64,000 nucleotides of DNA from Camelus ferus (Eukaryota). The position numbers and the translations under genes are program-made. The stretch lies in contig NC_045697.1 of NCBI RefSeq assembly GCF_009834535.1, positions 4,218,001 to 4,282,000 on the forward strand, in the 5' to 3' direction. Positions 1 to 11,192 of this stretch are shown here, one piece after another (within the stretch, counting starts at the first letter, position 1; each line of letters opens with the position of its first letter). The notes beneath the pieces are model-generated. The model searched no databases. It saw only the letters and a list, made by a program, of their open reading frames with translations, and was not told where the DNA came from.

Positions 1-949
1 CTTATCTAGAAGAAGCAGTACCACCACCACCCTGCCTCCTGTCCCGTTTCACTTACCACGCCCCCACCCTTTGTGACGTCCTTGTAGGGGGCCCGGAGCT
101 CGGGGTCAGACCCCAGTGAGACACTAGGCAAAGGAGGCAGCAGGGGGAGGCAGCAGGGAGAGGCAGCAGGGAGAGGCAGAGCAGCACACCTGGCCCCTCA
201 TCGTGGACACCGAGCGCCTGGCTTAGGTGCGCTGGCCAAGTGGGCTTCCGAATGCTGAGCCCCAGAATTTGTCTAGCATACCCACCCATCTCTGAACTGG
301 CAGGCAGGCAGGCAGGCGCAGAGCAGAGCGGGCCCTCCTGGGCGCTGGGCTCCCAGGAGGAAGGGGGAAGGAGGGACAGGGCTCCTTACGCCCAGCCCTC
401 CTTCCATATGTACAGATCAGAGTGGGTCACCCTCCTTCCCGAGGAGGGGAGAGGCCAGGAGCGTACTGCAGAGGACACAGCAGGAGTCTGGAAGAAGCAT
501 CTCCCCTGCTCCCCCAACCCTGTCAGATGGTCCCCGCCATCCTGCGGGGTGGTATTGGTGTGGCTCTGTGTTCGGAGCCAAAATCTTGAGAAACAGAAAG
601 ATCTGGATACAGAGTGGCATTTGTGCAGCCAGAGGGCATGTGGGCAGCCCAGGCCTGGCCAGTAGGTCAGTGTGACTGGAGCAGAGGTGAGGGAGGGGTA
701 GCGGGGATGGCAAGAGAGAAGCTGGACCCAGTGCAGGGCTCCTACGTCATTGAGGAGGTGGTGGCTGGTCGGCTGTTTGGGAAAGCTCAGGCTGGAGGGG
801 GGATGGGGTGGGTGAAACCAGAGGCAGTTGGGGGTGAGCTAAGCTGGCAGAGGCTGGGGCGGGGGGGGGGGTCCCAGAGGAAACTGGCAGAGGGACATCT
901 AGATGACAGGACAGAGAGGCGTGCTGCTGGATCGGCTGCGGCATTTTCG

Positions 950-1110
950 TTGGGTAGTGGAGTCAGACCTGGGTTTGAATCCTGGCTCCCTTGGAAGTTG
1001 GATGACTTTGTCAAGTTGTATGACCTCTCTGAACCTCAGTTCTCTCATCTGTAGAATGGGGGACTCCCCGCTGCAGGGTTGTGTGCATGTAAAGCATGCA
1101 GCCCAGGGCT
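950..1110 (+). mobile_element. MIR SINE (representative; many more copies in the window)
   Basis: ggagtcagacctgggtttgaatcctggct...acctctctgaacctcagttctctcatctgtagaatgggg. Confidence 0.8.
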
Positions 1111-2561
1111 AGGCATACGGGTCGCCTGCCGATCGCAGTACCTGGCCCGCGTGTGATTGCGAGGGAGGTGGGAGGGGATGTTGATGTGACCCCAGCTTTA
1201 AGGCCAGGCTGGTGGGCAGAGGTGGCAGAGGAGTGGGTTTGTTCTGGAGGATGGTGGGCTCAGGCCTAGACATCTTGAGTTTAAACTGCTGGTGAAAATC
1301 CAAATGGAAAGACCCAATTTGACAAGCAGGGATTGGAACAAAAAATCAGACCTGAGGCCCTTATCACTTGGCCTGTGGATACAGGAGATGGACGCTCTGT
1401 GTGGGCTCAGCTGACAGCCCCGGGACAAAAGGGGACACTAGTAAGGGGAGAGTGGGGGGGCGTATATTCTTACCCCACAGCTACCTGCAATCGGGTTGGG
1501 TTGTACAAAAAGGTAATGAGTTCCCCATCAAGGGAGGTATGAGAGTCTTGGCTGGAGGTCCACTTGGGGGGCCATGGAGAGAGGACACCAGAGAGAGTCA
1601 GACTGGATTGACCTTCAGGGGTCCTCTGAGTGTCCGCAGCTCTTCAGTGCCCTTGGCCACTGCCCCAAATCTGCACAGCATTCAGGACATAGAGGTGCTT
1701 CCGGAAGTGTAACTGTCGCCATGGCCCAGACCCACTTGAGCCTCGGGCTGGGCAGAAACAGTAAAGCAGGCGCAAATTTGCCTTTAAAATAAGATGCTGA
1801 GCATCCGCCAAATACAAATGGATTTAAACAGCTGGAAGTCTCACCTTGAGATGTGTCATTGGTGGTTTCAGTGGGGCTCTGGGCTGCCCCAGGCTGGAAT
1901 GGTGGATGTGGATCTGCTGGCACTGGTAGCTTGAGGCTCCTTTTTTGGGGCAAATGATTGGCAACATGGCACTGACCACAGAGTCACTGATTCCGATGAA
2001 GAGTGTAATGAACCCACTGCATTTGGGGCCAAGGCTGGGGGAGGAGGATGAAGGCCACTGGGAGATGAGGAAGGAGTGAGCAGGGGCTTCAGGGGACGGT
2101 GAGGGGTTGGGAGCTGGCGGTCCTGAGTGGGAACTCCAGCTCTGCCACTTGCCAGCTGTGGCCCGGGGCCAGTCACTTCACTTCTCGGGGCCTCAGTTTC
2201 TCCGTTTGCCAACAAGAGGATTGTTGTGGTGTCGAAATATAAAACGCAGGTGACGCCCCAGCCTGCAGTGTAGATCTGGGTCTGCTTACTGCCATCATCA
2301 CAGGAAACCAGGCCCGCACTCTGTGTAGACAGAGAAGGCGGCCGGGGTCTTCTCACCAGGGGTTAACTCCTGGCTCTGATGGCCATGCCAAGACTAGCAC
2401 CCGCGGCCTCCCGGATGGGCACCGAGCAGCATCCTCCTGGAAGTTTAATTAGGGGTTGAGATGGGTTGTGCTGGGGTCACCAGTGGTACTTCATCAGTGA
2501 TAAACCTGGGCCAAGTGTGCGACCCCAAGTAGCTGAATAACAGAGGGTTCAGCCTCAGCTG

Positions 2562-2617
2562 GTGTGTGTGTGTGTGTGTGTGCATGTGTGAGTGTGAGTG
2601 TGAGTATGAGTGTGTGT
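2562..2617 (+). repeat. (TG)n microsatellite with degenerate TGTGAG extension
   Basis: Directly visible. Confidence 0.9.
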
Positions 2618-4214
2618 ACACTCTGTCTGTTCTTGGAGGAAACAGCAGGAAATCTTCAAGAAATGATTGGGTCTCAGTCCCATGAGTTGAGGTGGGGGGG
2701 AGGTGTGACTGTTAGAGTCATCTGTGGTGCTTGGCCAGCCTCTCTCACACGGGGCTTTAGATGAGGATGCTGTTGGATTTGGAGAGAAGACAAAATGGTT
2801 AAGTTTCAAGCGCACAAAAGCACCGGGTCAGGCTCGAGCCTGACTCTGCCCTCAGAAGCTGTGCTGCTTGGGCATTTCTTCGTTTTGTTCAAGCACACAG
2901 TGTCATCTAAGGAGCACCTACTGTGTGCCCGGGGGCCTAAGAGTGCAAATCACCATAATATTTGATGGGACATTTAGCCTCCCTGAGCCTCGTCGTCCTC
3001 ACCTGTGAAATGGGGCAACACCACCTGCCGTGTGGGTCATCTTGAGGGGAGGGGAAGAAGAACAGCGGCAAAGTCTAGCACGATGCCCCACGCACTGTTC
3101 CTGAATAAATATTGTGTTCCATCTCTTTATCTCCTCCTTGCTGCACCTGACTGGCAGGTGATTAATTATCAACTTCTGAAGTTGTAAGAGAACAGCTTTT
3201 TTTTTTTTAATGTCAGCAAAACTGACCTTTTATCCAAGGTGGCTTTTAAAAATCATCCAGTGAGGATTTCCCAGGCTCCCTCTGTGTGCTCCTCACTGGG
3301 CACAGGCCCAGGCGAGCCGTTGCTGGGAGGTGGTGGAAGCTTCTCAGAGGAGCTCATGTCTGGGGTGGACTCGGGCTCCTTGAATCTCAGGGCCAGAGGA
3401 AACCCAGGGCCTAAATGATCTTCGGTTTCCCTCCACAGCATTTTCTACAAGGGAACCTGCCCCTTCTGTTTGCACACCTCTAGTGATGGGGAGCTCACCC
3501 CTCTCTACTGTTCTACCTTCAGCTAACGTCAGAGCTGGTAGGTTCGTCCATAAACTGAGTTGAGTTTATCTCCCTGAGTTTCCACTCACTGGACTGGCTT
3601 GGCCCCTGCGGCCACACAAGCCAAGACAGCTCGCTCTTAACCACAGTAACCTCCTGGAAACCTCACAGTGAGCCTCGTCCTCCCTGAATTTTGTCTTCTC
3701 CTGGTTAAACATCCCATGTTTCTTCAAAGGTGCCTTTTGGAATGGAATTTGAGGTTCTTTGTGCCCCCTGAGTGCTTGACTCAGAATGCACTTGAGTTCG
3801 TCTCTGTTTCCCCAAAGTATCGTGGCTGTGATTGAACCCAGCTCCCCATCACACAGCAGCTCAGACCACTGTCTGCCTCAGTCCTCGGGGCACCGTCCAA
3901 AGTAATGCTGGAAAAGGCCCTACACCTCAGTTTCTTCATCTGGAAAATGCAAATCAGTGAGCGCGTCCTAGGGTTGCCATGGTGATTGCACAAGGAACAG
4001 CAAGTGTCCAGTGCAGGGAGATGCTCAGTCAGGGTGGCCACTGTGGTTGTTATTATTGGCCTAGACCCCTGGAGAGTGCCTTTACTGAGCTGGACCAGGT
4101 GTGTGGCCCAAGGCCACTCTGCAGTCACTAGTCCGATGTAGGAATGCTTGTCACACCCTCCCCCACCAGCAGGAAGGTCTAAGAAAAAACTGGAACCCAC
4201 AACTTTCTTTATAT

Positions 4215-4400
4215 TTAATGAATACTTAAGTAGCCTTGCTGTTTGCCAGGCACTAAATCATTTTCAGCTATCAACTCATTTAATCCTCAGAACAGTCCCT
4301 TGAGGCGTCATTATCCTCATTTCCCAGATGACGAAATTGAGGCATCATGAATATTAAGTAACCCAGGTAAGTGGCAGAGCCACCAGGACAGAGGGCTGTT
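4215..4400 (-). mobile_element. MIR SINE
   Basis: tgccaggcact..aactcatttaatcctca..attatcctcatttcccagatgacgaaattgaggca..gtaagtggcagagc. Confidence 0.75.
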
Positions 4401-4616
4401 AGAAGAGTCCAGGTGGAGAAGAGACTCAAATTTGAAAATTTACAAGAATGGAGGTGGTTTGGGGAGAACCATAATTTGTGTGGAGCAGGGGGTGAGTAAG
4501 GAGGAGTGAATGCTAGGAGGAAGGTTGAAAGGGGCCGGGAGAAGGGAACCTCCTTCGTGCTCCTCCTTGCTGGATGCCAGCCTCATACTGGGAGCATCAC
4601 GGCATCAGCGCTAAGC

Positions 4617-4775
4617 CTTTTTCTTTTTTAAATCTTTTTCTCTCCTTTTCATTTTTGGATGGGGGTACTAGGTTTATTTATTTACTTATTTGATAATAGA
4701 GGTACCTGGGATTGAACCCAGGACCTCGTGCACGCTAAGCACACAGTCTACCTCTGAGCTATACCCCCCCCCCCC
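4617..4775 (-). mobile_element. tRNA-derived SINE, camelid Vic-1-like
   Basis: The minus strand shows GGGTATAGCTCAGAGGTAGA (A box) and GGTTCAATCCC (B box) with an A-rich tail. Target-site duplication CAGCGCTAA at 4606-4614 and 4776-4784. Confidence 0.85.
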
Positions 4776-6099
4776 CAGCGCTAATCTTCACACCGGCACT
4801 GGAGGTAGGCACAGAGGGCCGAGCTGGAATCCTGGCCCCACCACTTCCTGGCTGTGTGACTTGAGGCACCTTCCTTGCCCTCTCTGACCCTCAGTCTTTT
4901 CATCATTAAAATGGGAGTAATAATAGTCCCAAATCCACAGGGCCATTGTGAGGATGAAATAATCAGTGTACATGAAGGACTTTGGTCCTACATAAGTGTT
5001 TCTGAAAAAGAGCGACTTGGCCAGACTTGCTCAGCTGGTAAGTGGCCGGGCCAGGTTTCATCCTCACCCGTCCACACACCAGCCAGGATGGCCCTCTCCG
5101 TAGCCCCTTCCTTCCTGCCAGACACATTCCTACCACCATGCCACGCGGTGCCTGTCACCTGGCATGCCCCCCTCCATTATCTGTTTGATATTTTGTCTTC
5201 CATCTAAATCTGGACTCAAATCCCAGAGCCCACCAGCAGGCGTGTGAGCGCTCTTCTTTCCCACACCGGATCTCCCTGTAGCGAACACCCCCAACTAGTC
5301 AGTCACTGCCGCTGCTCCCCGAGTTGGGGTGGGGTCTCCTTCTTCGCAGTGGGTGGCTAGGGCACACCCGGGGCGGAGGGTTAATTAAATCACACAGCGA
5401 GGTTTGTAGAACACGGGATGCTTCATTAGGCTCTGTGAGAACAAGCACGCCCAGCTCGCTCCCAGCTCCGCGCAGGCTCGCGAACAGCTGTAATTACAGC
5501 TCACACGTGGCTTCAGCAGCTCGGTGAGGCTGCCAGGCGGGCTCCTGCCTTGGGGCCCCTTGGAAAGTGGTCCTGAGGCTGGGAAGCCCCATTCTGAGCA
5601 GGAGTGTCCGTCTCTTGCTTGCCAACTTGCTAGTGGTACAGAGCTGGGGCCCTCTGTTTAATTAAGGGCATCCAAGGGACACGTGCCAGGTTTAGGTGGC
5701 AACACCAGGCTGGCTCCTCGCCTAAACTCTGCTTCCTGGCAGAAGATTTCCCCAAGATCTGAAACCAGAGAAGCCTTCAAGTGGAGGTGAAAATGGAGCT
5801 TTCATCAAACAGCTGCCAAATGAAAGACAGGAAGAGCATGCCGGGTCCATCTGCTCTAAGCTAGTGGGCTGAGAGCTTGGCACCCAGTGGCCAGTTTTCT
5901 GGGAAGCTCACGGAGGCCACGTGGCATGGGGGCTTTGTTTGATGAGGGTTCTCTAGGATCCTCTTGGAACCCCAGAGACAAACAATGACATCTCTGGCTG
6001 GCTCTGGCCCCCTGAACTGGACCCAAGGCAGCCAGCCCTGGTCTGCCCCGCATCCTCCATCCTCCCCCCATCCCCACTGACCTCCACAACCTTTGCCCT

Positions 6100-6240
6100 T
6101 GGCATTTCTCACTGTGTGACCCATAGACCTTTAGCAGACGCACTCAGGAGCTTATTTAAAATACAGATTCCCAGGCCCCACCCAGACTTCCTGGGGCAAG
6201 ACCGAGGAATCTGCATTCTTAACAGGCTCTGCTGTAATTG
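6100..6240. mobile_element. MER5-like hAT-Charlie MITE relic
   Basis: Motif aaaatacagattcccaggccccacccagac...ggaatctgcattcttaacagg is typical of MER5. Confidence 0.65.
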
Positions 6241-6263
6241 CCAGCATGCCCTGCTCTGGATTA

Positions 6264-6591
6264 CAGTCATCCCTTGACATCCACGAGGCACTGGTTCCGG
6301 GACCCCTGAGGTCCGAACCCAGCTGATGCACGTGCTCAGGTCCCTTATGTGAAGTGGCTAGTACTTGCTTGTGACCCACGCACGTCCTCCCGTATACTTT
6401 CAGCACGTCTAGATCACTTGTAATACCTAGTAACAGTGTAAATGCTGCCTTGTAAATACACTGTAAATGTTACATAAATAGTTTCCAGGGTTGGGGGAGG
6501 GGAGTCACAGTTTTGCTTTGGGGAACTTTCTGAAATTGTTTTTCAAAAAATTTGTTTTTGATCTGAGGATGCTCAACCACAGGGCCAGCTG
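6264..6591 (+). mobile_element. MER2/MER2B-like TcMar-Tigger element
   Basis: Starts TA|CAGTCATCCCT. Internal cacgtcctcccgtatacttt...taatacctagtaacagtgtaaatgct resembles the MER2 consensus. Confidence 0.7.
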
Positions 6592-7039
6592 TGTTTGTGG
6601 TTTTCATGGCTTCAGCTGCCAGTCCTGCAGCCCCCAGGGATCCTTATGCTTCCTGAGCTCATCACTCAGGACTGTTCAGGGTTCCCCTTGGAAGAGAAAT
6701 GTGATTGGCTAAGCTCTCTGGGCAGCCTGGTGATTGGCTGCCTCTAAAGGGGGTTGTCCACCCCTTGATCCAGTCAGCTGAGGGCTGCGTGGGTGTGTGG
6801 TCATATGGTAAAGAAGCTCTGTTGCTGTTGGAGCCAGTTGGGGGACAGGGATTAGGGGCAGTGGTAAGTCACCGCTGCTGTAAGTTGATCAATATTGGAC
6901 TTTTGGGGGGTCCTTTTACATCCCTTTGGGTCCTTAGTCTTTTCTGCCATATAAGTTTTTTTTTTTAACCAACCTAATGGCACACACAATTTTTAAATTC
7001 CCCAAATTACTAAATTTTCAGCATAATCTAAATGAACAC

Positions 7040-7362
7040 TGAACACTGAAATGTAATGGGAGCCACACGTGTAATTTTAAATTTTCTAGTAGCCGCATTA
7101 CACAAGTAAAAAGATAAAGGTGCAATTCGTTTTAGTAAGTTACTTACGTATCCAAAGTATGACGCATATGTAACCAATATAGGCATTATTAATAAGCTAT
7201 TCCACATTCTGTTTTCGTATTAAATCTTTGAAATCAGTGTGTATTTACTCTTAACACCACATCTCAGTTCAGACTGGCCACATTTCAGTGACTCAGTGGC
7301 CACATTTCAGTGACTCAGTGGTCATGTGTGACTGGCGGCCACTGGACAGGGCAGTGCGGCTC
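7040..7362. mobile_element. MER33-like hAT-Charlie element
   Basis: agccacacgtgtaattttaaattttctagtagccgcatta...acatctcagttcagactggccacatttcagtg resembles MER33/MER3. Confidence 0.65.
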
Positions 7363-7615
7363 TAAATGAGGACCTTGCTTTACATCCTTTTGAATGTATT
7401 TTTACCCACTTTCGAATAGTTCAGGGACTTTACAGCCCATTGCTTGAGTATTTGACTTTAAAATGTTGGGTTTCTGGCAATAAGTGTTCATAAAATCTGC
7501 TGGTTTTGGAGGGTTAGGTCCGTGCATCCTGCCTGCCTGTGTCCTGTTTCTGCTGGGTCCTTGCTGCAGGCCGGGTGGCAGCGCATCGTTAGTGTTCACT
7601 TCTGATCAGTGAGTG

Positions 7616-8066
7616 TGTTTATTTTCTGGGGCTGCCGTAACATACTGCCACAAACTCAGGGGCTTGCAACGCAGAAATGTATTTCTCATGGTTCCGCAGG
7701 CCAGAGGTCTGAGGTCACGGTGATGAGAGGGCTGTGCTCCTGCTGAGCCTCCAGGGAGGCAACGTCCTTGCTTATTCTGGCTTCTGGAAGCTGCCCACAT
7801 TTCTTGGCTTGTGGCCACATCGCTCCAGTCTCTGCCTCCCTTGTCACACGGCCCTTCCTCTTCTCGGTGTGTCTCTCATCTGTGTGTCTCTTGTAAGGAT
7901 GCTTGTCAGAGGATTGAGGGTCCACTCGGGTAATCCCGGATGATCTCGTTTTGAATCCTTGACGTTATGACATCTGCAAAGACCTTTACAAGTAGGGTCA
8001 CACGTACAGGCTCTGGGGGTTAGAATGTGGACACACTTTTTGCAGGGCCACCTTTCAACCCCCACA
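7616..8066 (-). mobile_element. MaLR solo LTR (MLT1 family)
   Basis: ggggctgccgtaaca..ccacaaact..ggctt..cagaaatgtatttctca at one end and catctgcaaagacc..ggtcaca..ttcaaccccCACA at the other; TG...CA ends. Confidence 0.8.
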
Positions 8067-11002
8067 GTGAAACAGTGCTGTGTGACAGTAAGAATGAAGA
8101 AGCAAGGTGAGACCGCATTTTATTTTTCTAAGCTATGAAATGCACGCAGTAATAGTGGCTTATGGAAGGCCAGCATCATTTCCCTGTAACAGGAAGTGCT
8201 GGTCCAGCGCCTCTGGCCAGGATTGGACGGGGGTTAATTTGGTGAACGAGTATGTCAGATGCACTCAGGAAGGCAAATCGAAAGACAGCAGAAAGGCAAG
8301 AATGTCTTAAATTGTTCAAAAGCAGATATGGTGATGCTTGTAACAGGCTCTGAGTAGGGCGAGGCTCAGCACCAGCACTTAATAAATGCTGAATTCACCA
8401 TCGTGAGTGTAATGATCACTGTTGTGTGTTTATATCCATATCATAATACCTCTGTATTTTAATGAAGCTGGTCATAGATAAAAGAAGGGGAAAAAGCCAC
8501 CCCCCCGCCCCAGGAAAAAAAGACAAAGAATTGAGCTGAGTCCCTAAGTCACCACCAAATGTGTTTTGATGGCAAAACCTTTCTTTATGAGCTCTCGCGG
8601 CTCCTCACTGATGCCTTTACCCCTGGTCAGGCTCGCTCACGGCTCGCTTTACATGCCCATCCTTCTTTTATATGATCATCAGGACGGCACTAATTTGGGT
8701 TTGCAAATGAGATTCTCTTGATGTTGTCATGTCAGCATCTGGACTCAAGACAGCTGCTTCCCAGAACCAGGCCCTCCGGTGTGGCCCGCGAGGAAGCCCA
8801 GCCCCTCCCCATTTCTAATCACCCCCAGGAGCCTGGGGGATTTGCTTATGGGCCCAGGAAGCCATAAACAGTAATGGAAGTGTTTGTATTACTGCTGGCA
8901 TGGGGTTGCCCCGGGGGTCCCTTCCCCACCATTAAATTCGGGGTCCTCCTTCTGTCTTTGAGCTCATTCATCCCTTCATCCCTCCACCCATTCATTTGTT
9001 CATTCATGTATTCATCCATTCATTTGTTCAGAGAACCACTGTTGAGTGCCTGCTTAGAGCCACTTTGGAGTGCTGTGCGTCCCATTCCCCACAGCAGGGC
9101 GGGAGGGGACGGCGCTGCAGTGGGAGGAGGCGAGAAGGGGTGTGTATGGGGGTGCCCTGACCAGGAGCCCCGTGGCCATGGGAAATTCCTCTAACTCTTC
9201 TGTCTTGGCTTCCTCCTCTGTAAAAGTGAGAGGCTGATATAACAGCGGCTGCCTTACTGAGTGGCCGCGAGAATTAGAGGACGTAACGGATGTGAACGCA
9301 CACGCCGCCTAGTGACACAGGGCAGCGACAGCCGTAAGAAGCCCTAACACTTACTCGGGGCCACTCCTCTGAGCACTTTTCATCTGCTAGTGCATCTCCT
9401 TCTCCCAGTAGCACTGCTCTGCTACTGGTCCCCACGTGCAGGGGCTGCGCCCCGCCTGTCGGAATCTCCACTGCAGTTGGCTGGTGCCCGGAATCTACTT
9501 CGCTTTTCCGTACTCCCTGCCCTCCTGCCTGCTGGCAGACCCCGGCTTGCCGGGTGCTCCCACCTCCCCCAGGGAGCCTGGTGAACAGTGATTCCTGGGC
9601 CCTACCCCCGTCTCCTCCCAACTCAGAAAGGACATCCCTCCAAGTCCACGTTCCTCTGCCTCTAGGATGATGAGCCAGCCGCCTGGGTGCTTCACAGTTG
9701 ATGTTCCAACTGTCCCACCAAACACAGGGGGGGAATGCACCTTGGATCTGCTGAGAGCTGTGTGGAGGGGCGAGGTCAGGGCCAGCCCCTCCCCGTGGGT
9801 CTCGGTGGCTCTGGTAAAACTGAGTGGAAGGAGCTACATGTAGCTGCTTTCCTGACTGGAAGAGTAAGTTCCCCGTGCATTTATTGGGTGCCTTCTGTGT
9901 GCCAGCTCCCTGCTGGGCCTGGGGAGCCTGGGTGCACTGGAGGAACTTGAACTTCAGGGAGATCAAGGCACCGTCAGCCCGGCCTTGGATAACGGAGCCC
10001 CCCAAAAAAGACCCACAGGAGCTTTCCAGAGGCCCGTTACGGCGCCCAGCATGCTCCTACCAGCAATTTGACATCTCAGTTGGGGAGGGAAATCCCTGCC
10101 AGCCTCCTTCCAGGGACACTGGTGGTTCCAGTGGAGACGAACCCTCAGTGCCTCTGGGCGGAGCCGGGGACCAGGGACACCACAGGCAGTTTCCAGTCAC
10201 AGGTCTGCCATGGATGAGTTACCTAGCCTGCCTAAGCATCGGCCACCGCATCTGAGCAGTGGGTGTGATTATCATGTACCTTGTAGGAGGTGTGGGAGGG
10301 TTCGTGCGGCAACGCCTGACATGCGGTGACAGCTGAGTAACCTCAGTAACCATGGTGACCAGAGAGACAGCATCCAGGGATGTGGTGAGATTGACTTCTG
10401 GGAGGGCAGCAGCAGGCCAGTCCTCTCCTCTGGTATACAGCGGTGGTCCGTAATGGTCAGCTGACTGGAACTGAGTTGAAAGGGACGAGGAAGGGCAGGT
10501 TGGAAGGGAGGGCCTGTGAGAACTGGGTGGGGGCAGCTGCAGAGGCTGAAGCCCAGATCAGGGTCTGGGGGGTGGGGGCACACGTGGTCTGGGAGTCCTC
10601 CTTGTGGGCATGGGGGCCCAGCTCCCAGCGCGGGCGGCTCTGGCCTGACCAGCTATCTGAACCCAGGCCAGCCCCTCCATACTCAGCGTCTCCCTTCCCC
10701 CATCTTTACAATAGGAGCCGCAGTGCCAGCGGCCCCCACCCAAGGGTGCCATGAGAAACACATGGTGGGGGAGGGGGCATATCTGAGTATCAGGAACAAG
10801 GTGTATCCCCAAGAGGTGCAGTTTCCATTGCAGAAATCACAGACTCTGCTTTTCCTGGCTCTGTGACTCTCAGACAAAAGGGACTGATCTGGAGAGAGTC
10901 TGATAGGAGGTCCATCCCCCACCTCCCATCCTCTGTCTCCCCTCCCTTCCCTCCCCCCACCCTGTTGGAATCACTTCTGTTTAGAATAAGTTGTGTCCCT
11001 GA

Positions 11003-11192
11003 TAGGGTTGCCAGACAAAAACAAAAAACAAACAAAAAAAAAGACAGGCTGCCCAATTAAATTTGATGTCAGGAAACAATTGTTTTTTAGGGTAAGTATG
11101 TCCCATACAATATTTGGGATCTGCTTATACTGAAAAATGATCATTTAAAATTTAAGTTTAACTGGGTGTCCTGACCTTTTCCGGCAACTCTC
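11003..11192. mobile_element. MER53 palindromic hAT MITE
   Basis: Terminal inverted repeats agggttgccag / ccggcaactct, a self-complementary body (taagtatgtccca-tacaatatt-tgggatctgctta) and an 8-bp TSD gtccctga/gtccctgg. Confidence 0.8.

Noticed and set aside
9274..10005. 243-aa minus-strand ORF and other 150-240 aa ORFs in the track
   Set aside because: No homology I recognise and no splice or codon evidence; consistent with chance ORFs in GC-rich DNA.
11081..11097. Recursive splice site TTTTTTAG-G-GTAAGT
   Set aside because: Offset by one base, short pyrimidine tract, and part of the MER53 element.
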